Source: an uncultured Gammaproteobacteria bacterium
GTDB lineage: Bacteria; Patescibacteriota; Microgenomatia; UBA8517
Reading direction: 5' to 3'
DNA: 64,000 nucleotides
Assembly: GCA_964587425.1 (NCBI GenBank)
Contig: CAZPLB010000003.1
Coordinates: 60,763 to 124,762 of the forward strand
A program made the position numbers and the translations under genes. This document shows, one piece after another, positions 17,711 through 27,406 of this stretch. Every line of letters begins with the position of its first letter. Position 1 is the first letter of the stretch. The notes below the pieces were generated by a model. That model ran no database searches. It saw only the letters and a list, made by a program, of their open reading frames with translations, and was not told the origin of the DNA.

Positions 17711-18829
17711 ATGGACTTAACAAATATAATTATTGCCCTCAAAGTCTTCTTGGGCTTCTCATTAATAATTATTATTCACGAACTAGGACACTTCCTGGTA
17801 GCCAAAAAGTCAGGTGTTTTAGTTGAAGAGTTTGGTCTTGGACTTCCCCCCAGGATCTTTGGCAAAAAGATAGGGGAGACACTCTATTCTTTAAACTGGC
17901 TCCCTATTGGTGGTTTTGTAAAACTTCATGGTGAAACTGCAGAAGACAAAGTAGTTTACCCAGAACGTGCTTTTTCAAATAAATCAAAGAAAGTAAAAAT
18001 CGCAATAACACTGGCAGGGATAATTATGAACTTTGTTCTGGCAGTATTTGCATTTGCAATTGTTTACTCCTTTACTGGAATTGATACAGGAATAGTCGAT
18101 GTAAAAATTCTTGCAGTATCAAATGATACCCCAGCAGCAGCGTCTGGTGTAGTAAGTGGAGACATTGTTAAAAAGGTAGGAGATACGGCAATCTCCTCTG
18201 TTAGTGAATTCAAGGCAGAACTTGATAAATATAAAGGGAAAGCTGTAGTAGTTGAGTTCCTGCGTGGTGAAAACCTTGTTAGCCTAAAACTTACCCCCCG
18301 TCTTAATCCTCCAGAGGGTCAAGGAGCAATAGGAGTTGAGATAGCAGATGTCCCAGAAATTTACTTTCCACCAATTTGGCAAAGGCCATTTGTAGGAGCA
18401 TGGCATGGATTGAAGCAATCGCTTGCCCTAAGTAAAGCTGTAATATTGGGTCTCGGTGGAGCTGCAAAAAGCGTTGGCCAGGGTAAAGCACCAGAACATG
18501 TAGTTGGAGCCTTTGGACTTGTTTCGCTTCTGATTGAATTTGCAAAGATGGGGATAATACCTCTTCTTAACCTCATTGGAATAATTTCAATAAATCTTGC
18601 CATAATTAACGTTCTCCCAATTCCACCCCTTGATGGATCAAGAGTATTCATAACAATAGTGGAAGCGATAACCAGGAAAAAGATGACAGCAAACTTGGAG
18701 AGTAAAATCTACACAGCAGGTTTTATATTTATGATTGGCCTTATGCTTTTAGTAACTGCCCGTGAAATCCCGGCCTTCATTAAAGCAGGCTCCGTCTCAA
18801 AGTTTGTAGAAACCCTTATTCAAAAATAA
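17711..18829 (+). CDS. rseP: Site-2 zinc metalloprotease RseP
   Basis: 372 aa; 'HELGHF' zinc site in TM1, internal PDZ domain, C-terminal TM helices including 'LNLIGIISINLAIINVLPIPPLDG'. Confidence 0.85.
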   Translation: MDLTNIIIALKVFLGFSLIIIIHELGHFLVAKKSGVLVEEFGLGLPPRIFGKKIGETLYSLNWLPIGGFVKLHGETAEDKVVYPERAFSNKSKKVKIAITLAGIIMNFVLAVFAFAIVYSFTGIDTGIVDVKILAVSNDTPAAASGVVSGDIVKKVGDTAISSVSEFKAELDKYKGKAVVVEFLRGENLVSLKLTPRLNPPEGQGAIGVEIADVPEIYFPPIWQRPFVGAWHGLKQSLALSKAVILGLGGAAKSVGQGKAPEHVVGAFGLVSLLIEFAKMGIIPLLNLIGIISINLAIINVLPIPPLDGSRVFITIVEAITRKKMTANLESKIYTAGFIFMIGLMLLVTAREIPAFIKAGSVSKFVETLIQK

Positions 18830-19184
18830 TCTCTTCTTTCTTTTCATCAAAAGTTATTTTAAATTTATCAAAAACATCGGCTCTTCCAAGTAATGTAGGG
18901 ATCCCATCAATTTGTGCCCAGGCAACTCTGGCATCAAAGTCCTTTTCACCAATTTTCATTTTCAATTTTACATAAATAGCTTTAAGCCCACCTCCAACTC
19001 CACCCAAAGTTCTAGGCTTATACCTTTTCTCATCCATTCCAAGAGTTTTGCCAATTGAAAAGGGGATAACAGTTAAATCCGCTCCGGAATCAATTATTGA
19101 TCGAAAGCTATACCAATCACCGTTATTTTTTGCCAAGGATATAGTTGCAGTTGGTCTTCCTTCTAAATACTTAAAAACAATCAT
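18816..19184 (-). CDS. Retropepsin-like (clan AA) aspartic protease
   Basis: 122 aa; catalytic 'IIDSGADLTVIP' (D-S/T-G-A) and a glycine-rich flap 'GGVGGG'. Confidence 0.65.
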   Translation of the reverse strand: MIVFKYLEGRPTATISLAKNNGDWYSFRSIIDSGADLTVIPFSIGKTLGMDEKRYKPRTLGGVGGGLKAIYVKLKMKIGEKDFDARVAWAQIDGIPTLLGRADVFDKFKITFDEKKEEIIFE

Positions 19185-19429
19185 TAATATATGACTAATC
19201 TTCTTGGAGGTACTTGAACCAATAATATGTCTGACTCTGGATATATTATCTTGGCTTTTTTATGTACAACATCGGCTCTTCGTCCGTGAGCAACAATCTT
19301 TTTGTGTGAAATTGCAACCCAATCATTTTCCTTAAACTCAGAAAGATCTGCTTTCAAAGAAAATGCATAGTCAGGATCTTTTTTTGCCCAACTAATAACT
19401 TTTTTCTTTGTCATAACCAATTGTAGCAT
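19184..19429 (-). CDS. Small conserved partner protein of the retropepsin-like protease (DUF5678-like)
   Basis: 81 aa; stop overlaps the protease start (ATGA). The small-protein-plus-retropepsin pairing recurs in archaea and CPR. Confidence 0.45.
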   Translation of the reverse strand: MLQLVMTKKKVISWAKKDPDYAFSLKADLSEFKENDWVAISHKKIVAHGRRADVVHKKAKIIYPESDILLVQVPPRRLVIY

Positions 19430-19452
19430 TTTGGGTCAAGAGCGATTAAAAT

Positions 19453-20694
19453 ATGTGTGAAGTGTTACAATCTCAACTTTTTCCAAAAACCAGAAAAGAC
19501 GAAATAAAAGATGCTGACTCCATCAATCACCAGCTGCTAGTTAAGGCTGGATTTGTGAGGCAATTGATGGCAGGAGTCTATACATATCTTCCACTTGGCT
19601 TGAGAGTATTAAATAACATAACTGAAGTAGTAAGAGAAGAAATGGACACTCTTGGAGGAAAAGAAGTACTAATGCCTCTTCTTCATCCATCAGCAGTTTG
19701 GAAGCAAACAGGGGGATGGGATCATATAGATGTTCTTTTCAAAGTAGAAAGTAGAACAAAAAAAGATTATGCCTTGGCCCAAAGCCATGAAGAAGTAGTA
19801 ACACCTCTTGTAAAAGAATTCCTGCACACAACTAAAGACCTTCCACTAAGTATCTACCACATCCAGTGGAAGTTTAGAGATGAGTTGAGAAGTAAATCTG
19901 GAATATTAAGGGGCAGAGAATTCCTAATGAAAGATTTATACAGTTGGCATGCAGATCAAGATGATTTCGATGCGTTCTATGAAAAAGCAAAGAAAGCATA
20001 CTTAAACATCTTCAAAAGGCTTGGTCTTGAGGCAAGGGTAACAGAAGCAAGCGGAGGAGCATTCTCAGAAAAAATATCATATGAATTTGAAGTTCTAACC
20101 GATGCAGGAGAGGCCAACATCCTTTACTGTGACAATTGTGAATTCTGTGTAAATATTGATGATATTCAAAAATACAAGGAGGGCGAAACCTGTCCAAACT
20201 GTAAAAAAGGAAAATTAAAGCCATCCAAAGCTGCAGAAGTTGGAAATGTATTTGATTTGGGTCAAAAATACACCAAAGCATTTGATTTAACAATTACAAA
20301 TGAAAGCCAAGAAAAAATACACCCAATTATGGGTTGCTATGGAATTGGAATAAGTCGCACAATGGGTGTAATAGTAGAAAAGTTCCACGATGAAAAAGGC
20401 ATAATCTGGCCAAAGTCAGTTGCACCATTCCATGCTCACCTGATTGAACTAAAAGGAGCAAAAAATGCAAAAAAGATATACGAAGAACTCAAGGAAAAAG
20501 GAGTAGATGTTCTGTGGGATGACAGAGAATTAGGAGCAGGGGAGAAGTTTGCAGATGCAGACCTCATTGGAATTCCAGTCAGACTAGTAGTTTCAGAAAA
20601 GACAGGGGATAAAATTGAGTGGAAGGAAAGAAACGGAGACAAAGTAGAGCTACTGAGTTTGGATGAAGTGAGACAGAAGATAAAAGAATCCTAA
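19453..20694 (+). CDS. proS: Prolyl-tRNA synthetase (bacterial-type core without INS editing domain, with Cys4 zinc-ribbon insert)
   Basis: 413 aa; class-II motifs, 'HQLLVKAGFVRQL...GVYTYLPLGLRVL'; a Cys4 ribbon (CDNCEFC...CPNCKKG) lies where the editing domain normally sits; C-terminal anticodon-binding domain present. Confidence 0.85.
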   Translation: MCEVLQSQLFPKTRKDEIKDADSINHQLLVKAGFVRQLMAGVYTYLPLGLRVLNNITEVVREEMDTLGGKEVLMPLLHPSAVWKQTGGWDHIDVLFKVESRTKKDYALAQSHEEVVTPLVKEFLHTTKDLPLSIYHIQWKFRDELRSKSGILRGREFLMKDLYSWHADQDDFDAFYEKAKKAYLNIFKRLGLEARVTEASGGAFSEKISYEFEVLTDAGEANILYCDNCEFCVNIDDIQKYKEGETCPNCKKGKLKPSKAAEVGNVFDLGQKYTKAFDLTITNESQEKIHPIMGCYGIGISRTMGVIVEKFHDEKGIIWPKSVAPFHAHLIELKGAKNAKKIYEELKEKGVDVLWDDRELGAGEKFADADLIGIPVRLVVSEKTGDKIEWKERNGDKVELLSLDEVRQKIKES

Positions 20695-21183
20695 ATGGAG
20701 AATAGTCAAAGTAGAGAAATACTTATTCAAAGATCCAAACTTCGTCAAGAGATTCAAAAAGCTGTAATTGCTGAGGAGCAGGGTAATGTAGATCATTTCA
20801 ATCAACTTCTTTCAAATATAAATACAAAGGAGGGTGGGGAATGCCTCACTCTGGTAAAAAGTTCAAAAGAGGCTGGCAGAAAAGACTGTAGGGCGTTTAC
20901 TGCAGAAAAGCTTGGTTTAGATTTAGAAAATATCGCTCCAACAACATTGCAAAAAGTCGAAAACCCGAGGGTGAATAATATTGTAATGTATACAATTCCC
21001 GGAGAGCCACCTCACTGGGGAGTGGTCGTTGAAAAAGGAGAAAAACCAGAAGATATATGGGTTATGTCAAAATTTGGCAAGGCAGGTGGTGTTTATAAAC
21101 ACAAAATCTACGCAGGTATTCCAAGCCATGTTGGCGAAAACTATAAGTTTTTCAGTCCAAACATTGACACAGACCAATATTAA
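20695..21183 (+). CDS. Hypothetical protein with faint papain-like (NlpC/P60/CHAP) features
   Basis: 162 aa. 'KDCRAFTAEKLG' (cf. NlpC/P60 DCSGFV Cys motif) and 'IPGEPPHWGVVVEK' (His motif) in the right order. No signal peptide. Confidence 0.45.
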   Translation: MENSQSREILIQRSKLRQEIQKAVIAEEQGNVDHFNQLLSNINTKEGGECLTLVKSSKEAGRKDCRAFTAEKLGLDLENIAPTTLQKVENPRVNNIVMYTIPGEPPHWGVVVEKGEKPEDIWVMSKFGKAGGVYKHKIYAGIPSHVGENYKFFSPNIDTDQY

Positions 21184-21198
21184 AGTAAAAATAGACAA

Positions 21199-21909
21199 AT
21201 GGCAGACAAAACAACGGCTCGAACAGAAATAGATCCAAACGAAGCAACTAACGCATACTATGAATTTATGGACATCGGCGCAACTCTCGACAAAAAACAG
21301 CAACTTATTACCAAATACATGGATAATCTCCCAGGTTCTGATTTGGCAGGGTTAAAAAATAAGATGAAGTTAGTAACAGCCTCACAGGAATATAGAAATT
21401 TATTAGCCGAAGAAGAAAATTTAAAAAAACAAACTGATGAACACAGTAAAACAGGGAAACCAATTGAAGCTTTTTTGTCTGGCCCTCAAAAACTTACTTT
21501 AGAAAAGTTACATGGATTCGAGAATTGGGTACTTTGGGAAAAATACATCCACATAGCCAATAAAATGGGAGGAAGTAACGATGAGACTCTAGCCCAAAAA
21601 CAAGAGAAGGCAAAGGAATATATTAAAAACAATAATATTTCAACAAAACAAGTCATTTCAGATTTAGTGAAACTTATGCAATCAGATGTATATGCATCAA
21701 GGTGTAGTGTCGACGAGGAAACCGGTGTCAGCCGTCTCGATCCAAGACAAATACCTTCAAATAGAAAAAGTATTGAAAACATCAATAACATCAGAAATCT
21801 TATAGCACTTTATAATATCAACAGCACTCAAATATCAGCATCATTGGGTCATCCAATGGCAGAAAGAAGAGGCTTAGCACCAACCTCCAGGAAGTTCACA
21901 CCCCATTGA
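21199..21909 (+). CDS. Hypothetical protein
   Basis: 236-aa ORF with no domain recognised. Confidence 0.5.
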   Translation: MADKTTARTEIDPNEATNAYYEFMDIGATLDKKQQLITKYMDNLPGSDLAGLKNKMKLVTASQEYRNLLAEEENLKKQTDEHSKTGKPIEAFLSGPQKLTLEKLHGFENWVLWEKYIHIANKMGGSNDETLAQKQEKAKEYIKNNNISTKQVISDLVKLMQSDVYASRCSVDEETGVSRLDPRQIPSNRKSIENINNIRNLIALYNINSTQISASLGHPMAERRGLAPTSRKFTPH

Positions 21910-22224
21910 TTAATCTAAATCGAAAAGAGAGAAGTTACTAAAAACGACAGACTTGTCGTTATCTTTAAAAATTTCCAATATTTTTAATTCAGGGTCATAG
22001 CAAAATCTAATCAGCCCTCCTTTGTGCGACATAAAAACATCATAATATCTCAAGTTTTCGGGCATTTGTCCATCCAAAGCTTTTGACCATATCTCTATAT
22101 CGGCTAAATTTTCCACCTCTAAAGTATCAGGATCTATTCTATGACCCACAACATGTAGAATTCCGTTTTCTTCATATTTAACAACCCCATCATAACAATG
22201 TTTATCGAATCTTTCCTTAGCCAT
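21910..22224 (-). CDS. Hypothetical protein
   Basis: 104-aa ORF with no domain recognised. Confidence 0.4.
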   Translation of the reverse strand: MAKERFDKHCYDGVVKYEENGILHVVGHRIDPDTLEVENLADIEIWSKALDGQMPENLRYYDVFMSHKGGLIRFCYDPELKILEIFKDNDKSVVFSNFSLFDLD

Positions 22225-22276
22225 TGCCTATAATATCACACACCTCAGCTTTATCTCAGCTTTCACCCCATAGTAC

Positions 22277-22771
22277 TTGACAAGCCACGCTTTATATGTG
22301 ATACAATGCGGCATGGAAAACAAAGGTCAAAAACCACTTGGAAGCAGGCTTGAGACAGGCGCATGGGCTGCGGCTAAAGTTATCGACTTTGGAAAACCTA
22401 GGGTCAATGAAGATACTCGCAAGGCGGAAGATACTGCCGTAGAAGCCTATAAAGGCGAGGGGGGAAAGACCAGGTTTGTCCACTATCTAAATAGCCAAGT
22501 AAACGATTTACACATTCTACAAAGGCAAAAAGAAAGTGGCAAAGCCGAGGATATAATCTCTTATTTTATGGGTGTTGGTAGATTCTTGTGGAATCTGGAA
22601 AGTTGGCGTGATGCCGAGTTAATAGATCAAGATATCGTCAAGAGATTTGATCCAGGTCTAAAACGCCACGATATATCTTTAGCTGAAAAACCAACCGAGA
22701 CAACTGAAATAAAATCCAGGAATAAAGAGCGGTCAAGTAATGGACGTTTCAAGATCTTTAAACGTCTTTAA
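22277..22771 (+). CDS. Hypothetical protein (GC-rich 5' end)
   Basis: 164-aa ORF; a hand count of its first 100 nt gives ~49% GC, later ~37%. Confidence 0.45.
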   Translation: MTSHALYVIQCGMENKGQKPLGSRLETGAWAAAKVIDFGKPRVNEDTRKAEDTAVEAYKGEGGKTRFVHYLNSQVNDLHILQRQKESGKAEDIISYFMGVGRFLWNLESWRDAELIDQDIVKRFDPGLKRHDISLAEKPTETTEIKSRNKERSSNGRFKIFKRL

Positions 22772-23047
22772 CTCCGTCTTTCCTTCATTGTTAGAATAGC
22801 TAAAAGTACATTCGGTATTCTCCCTATCCCTTGAGAAATAGACAGTCATAGCCTTATCAATATTGGCTTCTAACCAGTCTCTTAATTCGCCGTCTGGAGA
22901 AAACTTAACAAGGACATAACCAGGTGTAGGTCGGCCACTATCTATATTGGTTCCTACTAATGCAATATTTCCTTCATCATTTCTAACCAAAGAACCTCTA
23001 TATTCACGAAAGTTATCAAACTCTGTCATATATAAATTATACCCCAT
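22733..23047 (-). CDS. Hypothetical protein
   Basis: The ORF runs to 23152, but the internal Met at 23047 avoids overlap with the HIT gene; 105 aa from that start. Confidence 0.4.
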   Translation of the reverse strand: MGYNLYMTEFDNFREYRGSLVRNDEGNIALVGTNIDSGRPTPGYVLVKFSPDGELRDWLEANIDKAMTVYFSRDRENTECTFSYSNNEGKTELKTFKDLETSIT

Positions 23048-23066
23048 GATATAATCATTTTGGAAT

Positions 23067-23387
23067 ATGGAAGAATGCATTTTCTGTAAAATTATCAAAA
23101 AAGAGCTCCCTGCAGAGTTCCTGTATGAAAGCCCTGAAATTGTTGCCTTCAAGGATATAAAACCATCAACCCCAATTCATATTCTAATTATTCCAACCAA
23201 ACACATTACAAACCTAAATGAGGCAAGTGAGGAAGACAGTGGAATATTAGGTAAAATCCAACTTGTTGCCCAAAAAATAGCCAGAGAACAAAAGATAGAA
23301 GATGGTTTCAAATTAACTACCAACAATGGTACCAAGGCTGGCCAGATTGTTATGCATCTTCATTACCACTTAATGGGTGGATTTTGA
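23067..23387 (+). CDS. HIT-family nucleotide hydrolase/transferase
   Basis: 106 aa; histidine triad 'HLHYHLMGG'; N-terminal 'CIFCKI'. Confidence 0.8.
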   Translation: MEECIFCKIIKKELPAEFLYESPEIVAFKDIKPSTPIHILIIPTKHITNLNEASEEDSGILGKIQLVAQKIAREQKIEDGFKLTTNNGTKAGQIVMHLHYHLMGGF

Positions 23388-23442
23388 TATCTTTTAATAT
23401 CTTGTAGATAATTCTTTCTCGTCATATACTTGCCGTACTACA

Positions 23443-23883
23443 ATGCTAACCCAGAAAGTCCAGGAACTAATTACAGAGAACTTGAAGTCAGGTGATGAGA
23501 CAAAGCTAACCACATATAGAATGCTTGCTACAGCCTTTAACTATGCAAGAACAGACAAAATGAGAGACTTAACTGAAGAAGAAGAGCTGGAAGTAGTATC
23601 AAAAGAAGCAAAAAAAAGAAAAGATGCAGTTGAGGCATATACCAAGGCAAACCTCACAGAAAAAGTAAATCAGGAAAAAGAAGAGTTGGCTATTCTTGAA
23701 GAATTTCTTCCAGCCCAAATGAGTGATGAAGAACTAGGTTCAATTGTTGATGAAGCAGTTAAAGAGCTGAAACCAACTGGAATGCAGGATATGGGTCGCG
23801 TGATTGGAGCTGTCATGGCCAAAGTCAAAGGCAAAGCTGATGGAGGAAGAGTATCAGCTCTCATAAAGGCAAAACTAGCATGA
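23443..23883 (+). CDS. yqeY: GatB/YqeY-domain protein
   Basis: 146-aa alpha-helical protein matching the YqeY family throughout. Confidence 0.7.
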   Translation: MLTQKVQELITENLKSGDETKLTTYRMLATAFNYARTDKMRDLTEEEELEVVSKEAKKRKDAVEAYTKANLTEKVNQEKEELAILEEFLPAQMSDEELGSIVDEAVKELKPTGMQDMGRVIGAVMAKVKGKADGGRVSALIKAKLA

Positions 23884-24266
23884 TATCAATAACTATTTAT
23901 AAACAAGGCAATTATCCAGTTAACACAAAAAAGGTTAAAGATGTAATTGAAAAAACCCTAGAGAGTAATGGCATAGTCTCAGACGCTGTTGTTGATGTTG
24001 CCATAGTAAATAAAACAAAAATGGATGAATTAAATGAAAAATACTACAAAGATGAAGTCTTTGAACACCCAGTATTCACTTTCCCAGCAGGAGAGGGGAT
24101 GGATTTTGTAATGCCACCAGATGGCAAGCTTCATCTTGGCCAAATTGTAATTTCATACCCCTTTGTTCTCGAAGAATCAAAAGAAAAAGGAAAGTTGATT
24201 GATGATGTTGCCTGTCAGTTGGCAGAACACGCAGCCCTGCATCTAGTTGGCATTCACCACGATTAA
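23880..24266 (+). CDS. ybeY: rRNA maturation endoribonuclease YbeY
   Basis: 128 aa; zinc motif 'EHAALHLVGIHHD' (H-x3-H-x5-H-D class). Confidence 0.75.
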   Translation: MISITIYKQGNYPVNTKKVKDVIEKTLESNGIVSDAVVDVAIVNKTKMDELNEKYYKDEVFEHPVFTFPAGEGMDFVMPPDGKLHLGQIVISYPFVLEESKEKGKLIDDVACQLAEHAALHLVGIHHD

Positions 24267-24272
24267 TTTGAT

Positions 24273-25769
24273 ATGACCCTATATCTAAAATACCGCCCGC
24301 AAATCATTGATGAACTCGACCTCGAGGGAGTAAGGGATGCCTTAACTGCAATTATTGGCTCAGATAATATTCCCCACGCTTTTCTTTTCAGCGGTCCCAA
24401 AGGAACTGGTAAAACTTCAGCTGCAAGAATACTTGCAAAGATAATTAATTGTGAAGAAAAAGACAGGCCATGCAACAAATGCATACAATGCATCTCCATT
24501 ACAAATGGTACAAACATGGATGTAATTGAGTTAGACGCAGCCAGCAACCGTGGTATAGATGATATTCGAAGTCTCAAAGAAAACATAATGCTCGCTCCCG
24601 CCTCTGCAAATAAGAAAATTTATATCATAGATGAGGCTCATATGTTAACAACTGAAGCCTCCAACGCCTTTTTGAAAACACTTGAAGAGCCTCCTGCTCA
24701 TGTTCTTTTCATTCTAGCTACCACTAATCCTGAGAAACTTCCAGATACAGTAATTTCAAGACTAACTAGAGTTGACTTCACAAAGGCAACTGCAAAAGAT
24801 ATTGCCCGTCAATTGGCAAGAGTGGTAACTGGTGAAAAGTTAAAAGTAGAAGAAAAAGTAATCAGTATTATTGCCAAAAAAGCTGATGGGTCATTTCGAG
24901 ATGCTGTAAAAATTCTTGAAAGCATGACTTTGAATTCAAAGGAAATAAAAGAAAGCGATATTGAAAAGTTTTTGCATTCAAATGAAAAGGAAGTAATCAG
25001 CTTTTTTGAGGTGTTAAGAAACGGTGACACCCAAAAAGTTTTGGAGTTAGTAGAAAAAATTACAGCAGATGGAACCTCAATTAAATTGTTTACGACAGAG
25101 CTGATGGAAGTTATTCACCAAAGTTTGCTTGCAAAAGTTAAAGGCGAAGAAGACCTTCTGCAAAAGTACGAAATGGAGGAAATCATTCAGTTGTCAAAAC
25201 TGATAACAGGGGCAATGGGAGAGAGCAGCTTCTCTTCAATCCCACAGCTCAGTCTTGAAATTGCGCTTGTTAAATTTACAAAAACTAATTCAAGGGTAGA
25301 GGAAAAAGTAGACAATGGAAATGAAAGTAAACCAGTTGAAAATGAAAAGGAGGAAGTAGAAAAAAGAGTAGAGCCAAAGGTTGAAGCAAAAAAAAGTGAA
25401 GCCAAAATTGTAGGCTCTCCAATATCAAATGAAAATTGGCTGCAAATTCTGCAGTTAGTCCGTGCCAAAAACACAAGTATCGAAGCCCTGCTTCGAGCAG
25501 CAGAACCAATTGGCGTCAATGAAAAAACTTTCACAATTGGTGTCTACTACCAATTCCACAAAGAGAAGCTGGAAGTATTAACCAACAAAAAGATTCTTGA
25601 AGATGTGGTATGTGAGATAGTTGCTGACAAAGACATGAAAGTAGATTTTCTTTTAACAGAAAGAAAATCTCAAAAGAGAGAGACACCAGCAGTAAACCAA
25701 ACGCCAGAGTCCTTGACCACGAAGGTAGATGAAGATATAATTTCAGCAGCCAAGGAAATCTTTGGTTAA
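24273..25769 (+). CDS. dnaX: DNA polymerase III subunit gamma/tau
   Basis: 498 aa; 'YRPQ...DL.G.......L...I.....HAFLFSGPKGTGKTS', zinc module 'CNKCIQC', SRC/'DEAHML' box. Confidence 0.9.
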   Translation: MTLYLKYRPQIIDELDLEGVRDALTAIIGSDNIPHAFLFSGPKGTGKTSAARILAKIINCEEKDRPCNKCIQCISITNGTNMDVIELDAASNRGIDDIRSLKENIMLAPASANKKIYIIDEAHMLTTEASNAFLKTLEEPPAHVLFILATTNPEKLPDTVISRLTRVDFTKATAKDIARQLARVVTGEKLKVEEKVISIIAKKADGSFRDAVKILESMTLNSKEIKESDIEKFLHSNEKEVISFFEVLRNGDTQKVLELVEKITADGTSIKLFTTELMEVIHQSLLAKVKGEEDLLQKYEMEEIIQLSKLITGAMGESSFSSIPQLSLEIALVKFTKTNSRVEEKVDNGNESKPVENEKEEVEKRVEPKVEAKKSEAKIVGSPISNENWLQILQLVRAKNTSIEALLRAAEPIGVNEKTFTIGVYYQFHKEKLEVLTNKKILEDVVCEIVADKDMKVDFLLTERKSQKRETPAVNQTPESLTTKVDEDIISAAKEIFG

Positions 25770-25787
25770 GGTAGTCAAAATACAATT

Positions 25788-26066
25788 ATGTTAGATAAAA
25801 TTGGACAACTAAATGATTTAAGGAAAATGAGGGGCCAGGCCATGGCAATGCAAAAGAAGTTAAAAGAAATTGTAGAATCTCTTGAAAAGGATGGCTGCAA
25901 GGTAAAGGTAACAGGGGATCAAAGAATTGAATATATTGAGATAGATGGCGTTCCACAGCCAAAACTAGTCAAAGTAATTAATGAAGCTCTTGAAAAGGTA
26001 CAAAAAACAGCAGCCAAGAAAATGGTAGAAGAAGGCGGTCTCTCTTCACTTCTCAAAGGTTTTTGA
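25788..26066 (+). CDS. ybaB: Nucleoid-associated protein YbaB/EbfC
   Basis: 92 aa; YbaB family; conserved dnaX-ybaB-recR context. Confidence 0.8.
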   Translation: MLDKIGQLNDLRKMRGQAMAMQKKLKEIVESLEKDGCKVKVTGDQRIEYIEIDGVPQPKLVKVINEALEKVQKTAAKKMVEEGGLSSLLKGF

Positions 26067-26080
26067 GTTAGAATGAATAT

Positions 26081-27406
26081 ATGCGCAGACGCATACTATT
26101 CATATTAACAAGTCTTTTTGCAATTCCAGTGAGTGTTTACCTTGTTGGAAATGCAGTTGGTTTCTTTGGTCATGCAGGAGGGGTTCCAGCAAACTTATTA
26201 ATTGATTTAAGTACTTCTTTTCCAGACTCCCATTTTAATTGGAGAAATCTAGCCCAAGGAAACGAAGAGAAAGGAAGAATGCTAAGCCCAGTTATAACTC
26301 AAACCCAAGCACTCCACCCAAATTACATTAGGATAGATACTGCAATTGAGGATAGAGCAAGTTTAGATGGAAACATTAGTGATATTCAGGCAATTGGAGC
26401 CAGGCCTTTTATAGCAATTACAGGGGCTATACCAACAGATTGGGGAAGGTGGGAATCAATGGTTCAGGAACTGGTAGAGCACGTTAGTGGTAAAACTGGG
26501 TTAAATATTCCAAATGTTTACTATGAAGTTTGGAATGAACCAGACTTGTTTGGAGGCTACAAACTATATGGAAGTAGGAATTATATTGAGCTATATGCCC
26601 ACACGACAGCCGCAGCATCAAGGGCAAGAAACGTCAATTCCTTTAAAATTGGAGGCCCAGCAACAACTGCCCTCTATGAGAATTGGGTTACCCAATTCTT
26701 AACTGCAGCCATCCAGAGGCACTTAAGAGTAGATTTTTATTCCTGGCATAGTTATTCAAAAGATCTTGATAAATATGAAAGAGATTTAATTGACATCAAA
26801 AGCTGGCTCACAGAGCGTGTCCCAGGAATCAATCCAAACCTAGAGCTCGCAATTACAGAATTAGGTCCCAATAGCAACAATGACCCAGTCTATGACAATG
26901 GCTTTGGAGCAATTCATGCGCTAGCAACATCAACAGTGATGGAAGACACAGTAAATAAAGTCTTTAACTTTGAAATCAAAGATGGGCCTGGTGACAAACA
27001 ACTCTGGGGCAGGTGGGGACTCCTAACCCATGAAAAGTTTGGAACTCCTGTCACAAAGCCTCGATATAGTGCCATTTCATTTCTCAATAGAATGACAGGG
27101 GACAGAGTAAATATTGCAGGAGAGGGAAGCTGGATAAAAGCATTTAGTAAAAAAGATGGAAAGACAATCCGTACCTTTGTAGTTAACTATGACACAGAAG
27201 GCAAACACGTTGAAGCAGTCCCCATGACTTTTCAAAATATCCCGGTAGGGACTGCATCAGCCCAAAGAAATTTCAGATTCAGAAGAATTAACTATGGAGG
27301 GGGTGTTGCAAAAGATATCAATGTGGCAACTTCTTCAGCTGTGTGGCAAACATTCGAGTTGATGAATCCCAATACTGCTGCTATATTTGAAGTCACCCTT
27401 CCATAA
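26081..27406 (+). CDS. Secreted clan GH-A glycoside hydrolase (GH5/GH39-like)
   Basis: 441 aa; signal peptide/TM at the N-terminus; acid/base 'YYEVWNEPD', nucleophile 'ITELG'. Inserted between ybaB and recR. Confidence 0.65.
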   Translation: MRRRILFILTSLFAIPVSVYLVGNAVGFFGHAGGVPANLLIDLSTSFPDSHFNWRNLAQGNEEKGRMLSPVITQTQALHPNYIRIDTAIEDRASLDGNISDIQAIGARPFIAITGAIPTDWGRWESMVQELVEHVSGKTGLNIPNVYYEVWNEPDLFGGYKLYGSRNYIELYAHTTAAASRARNVNSFKIGGPATTALYENWVTQFLTAAIQRHLRVDFYSWHSYSKDLDKYERDLIDIKSWLTERVPGINPNLELAITELGPNSNNDPVYDNGFGAIHALATSTVMEDTVNKVFNFEIKDGPGDKQLWGRWGLLTHEKFGTPVTKPRYSAISFLNRMTGDRVNIAGEGSWIKAFSKKDGKTIRTFVVNYDTEGKHVEAVPMTFQNIPVGTASAQRNFRFRRINYGGGVAKDINVATSSAVWQTFELMNPNTAAIFEVTLP

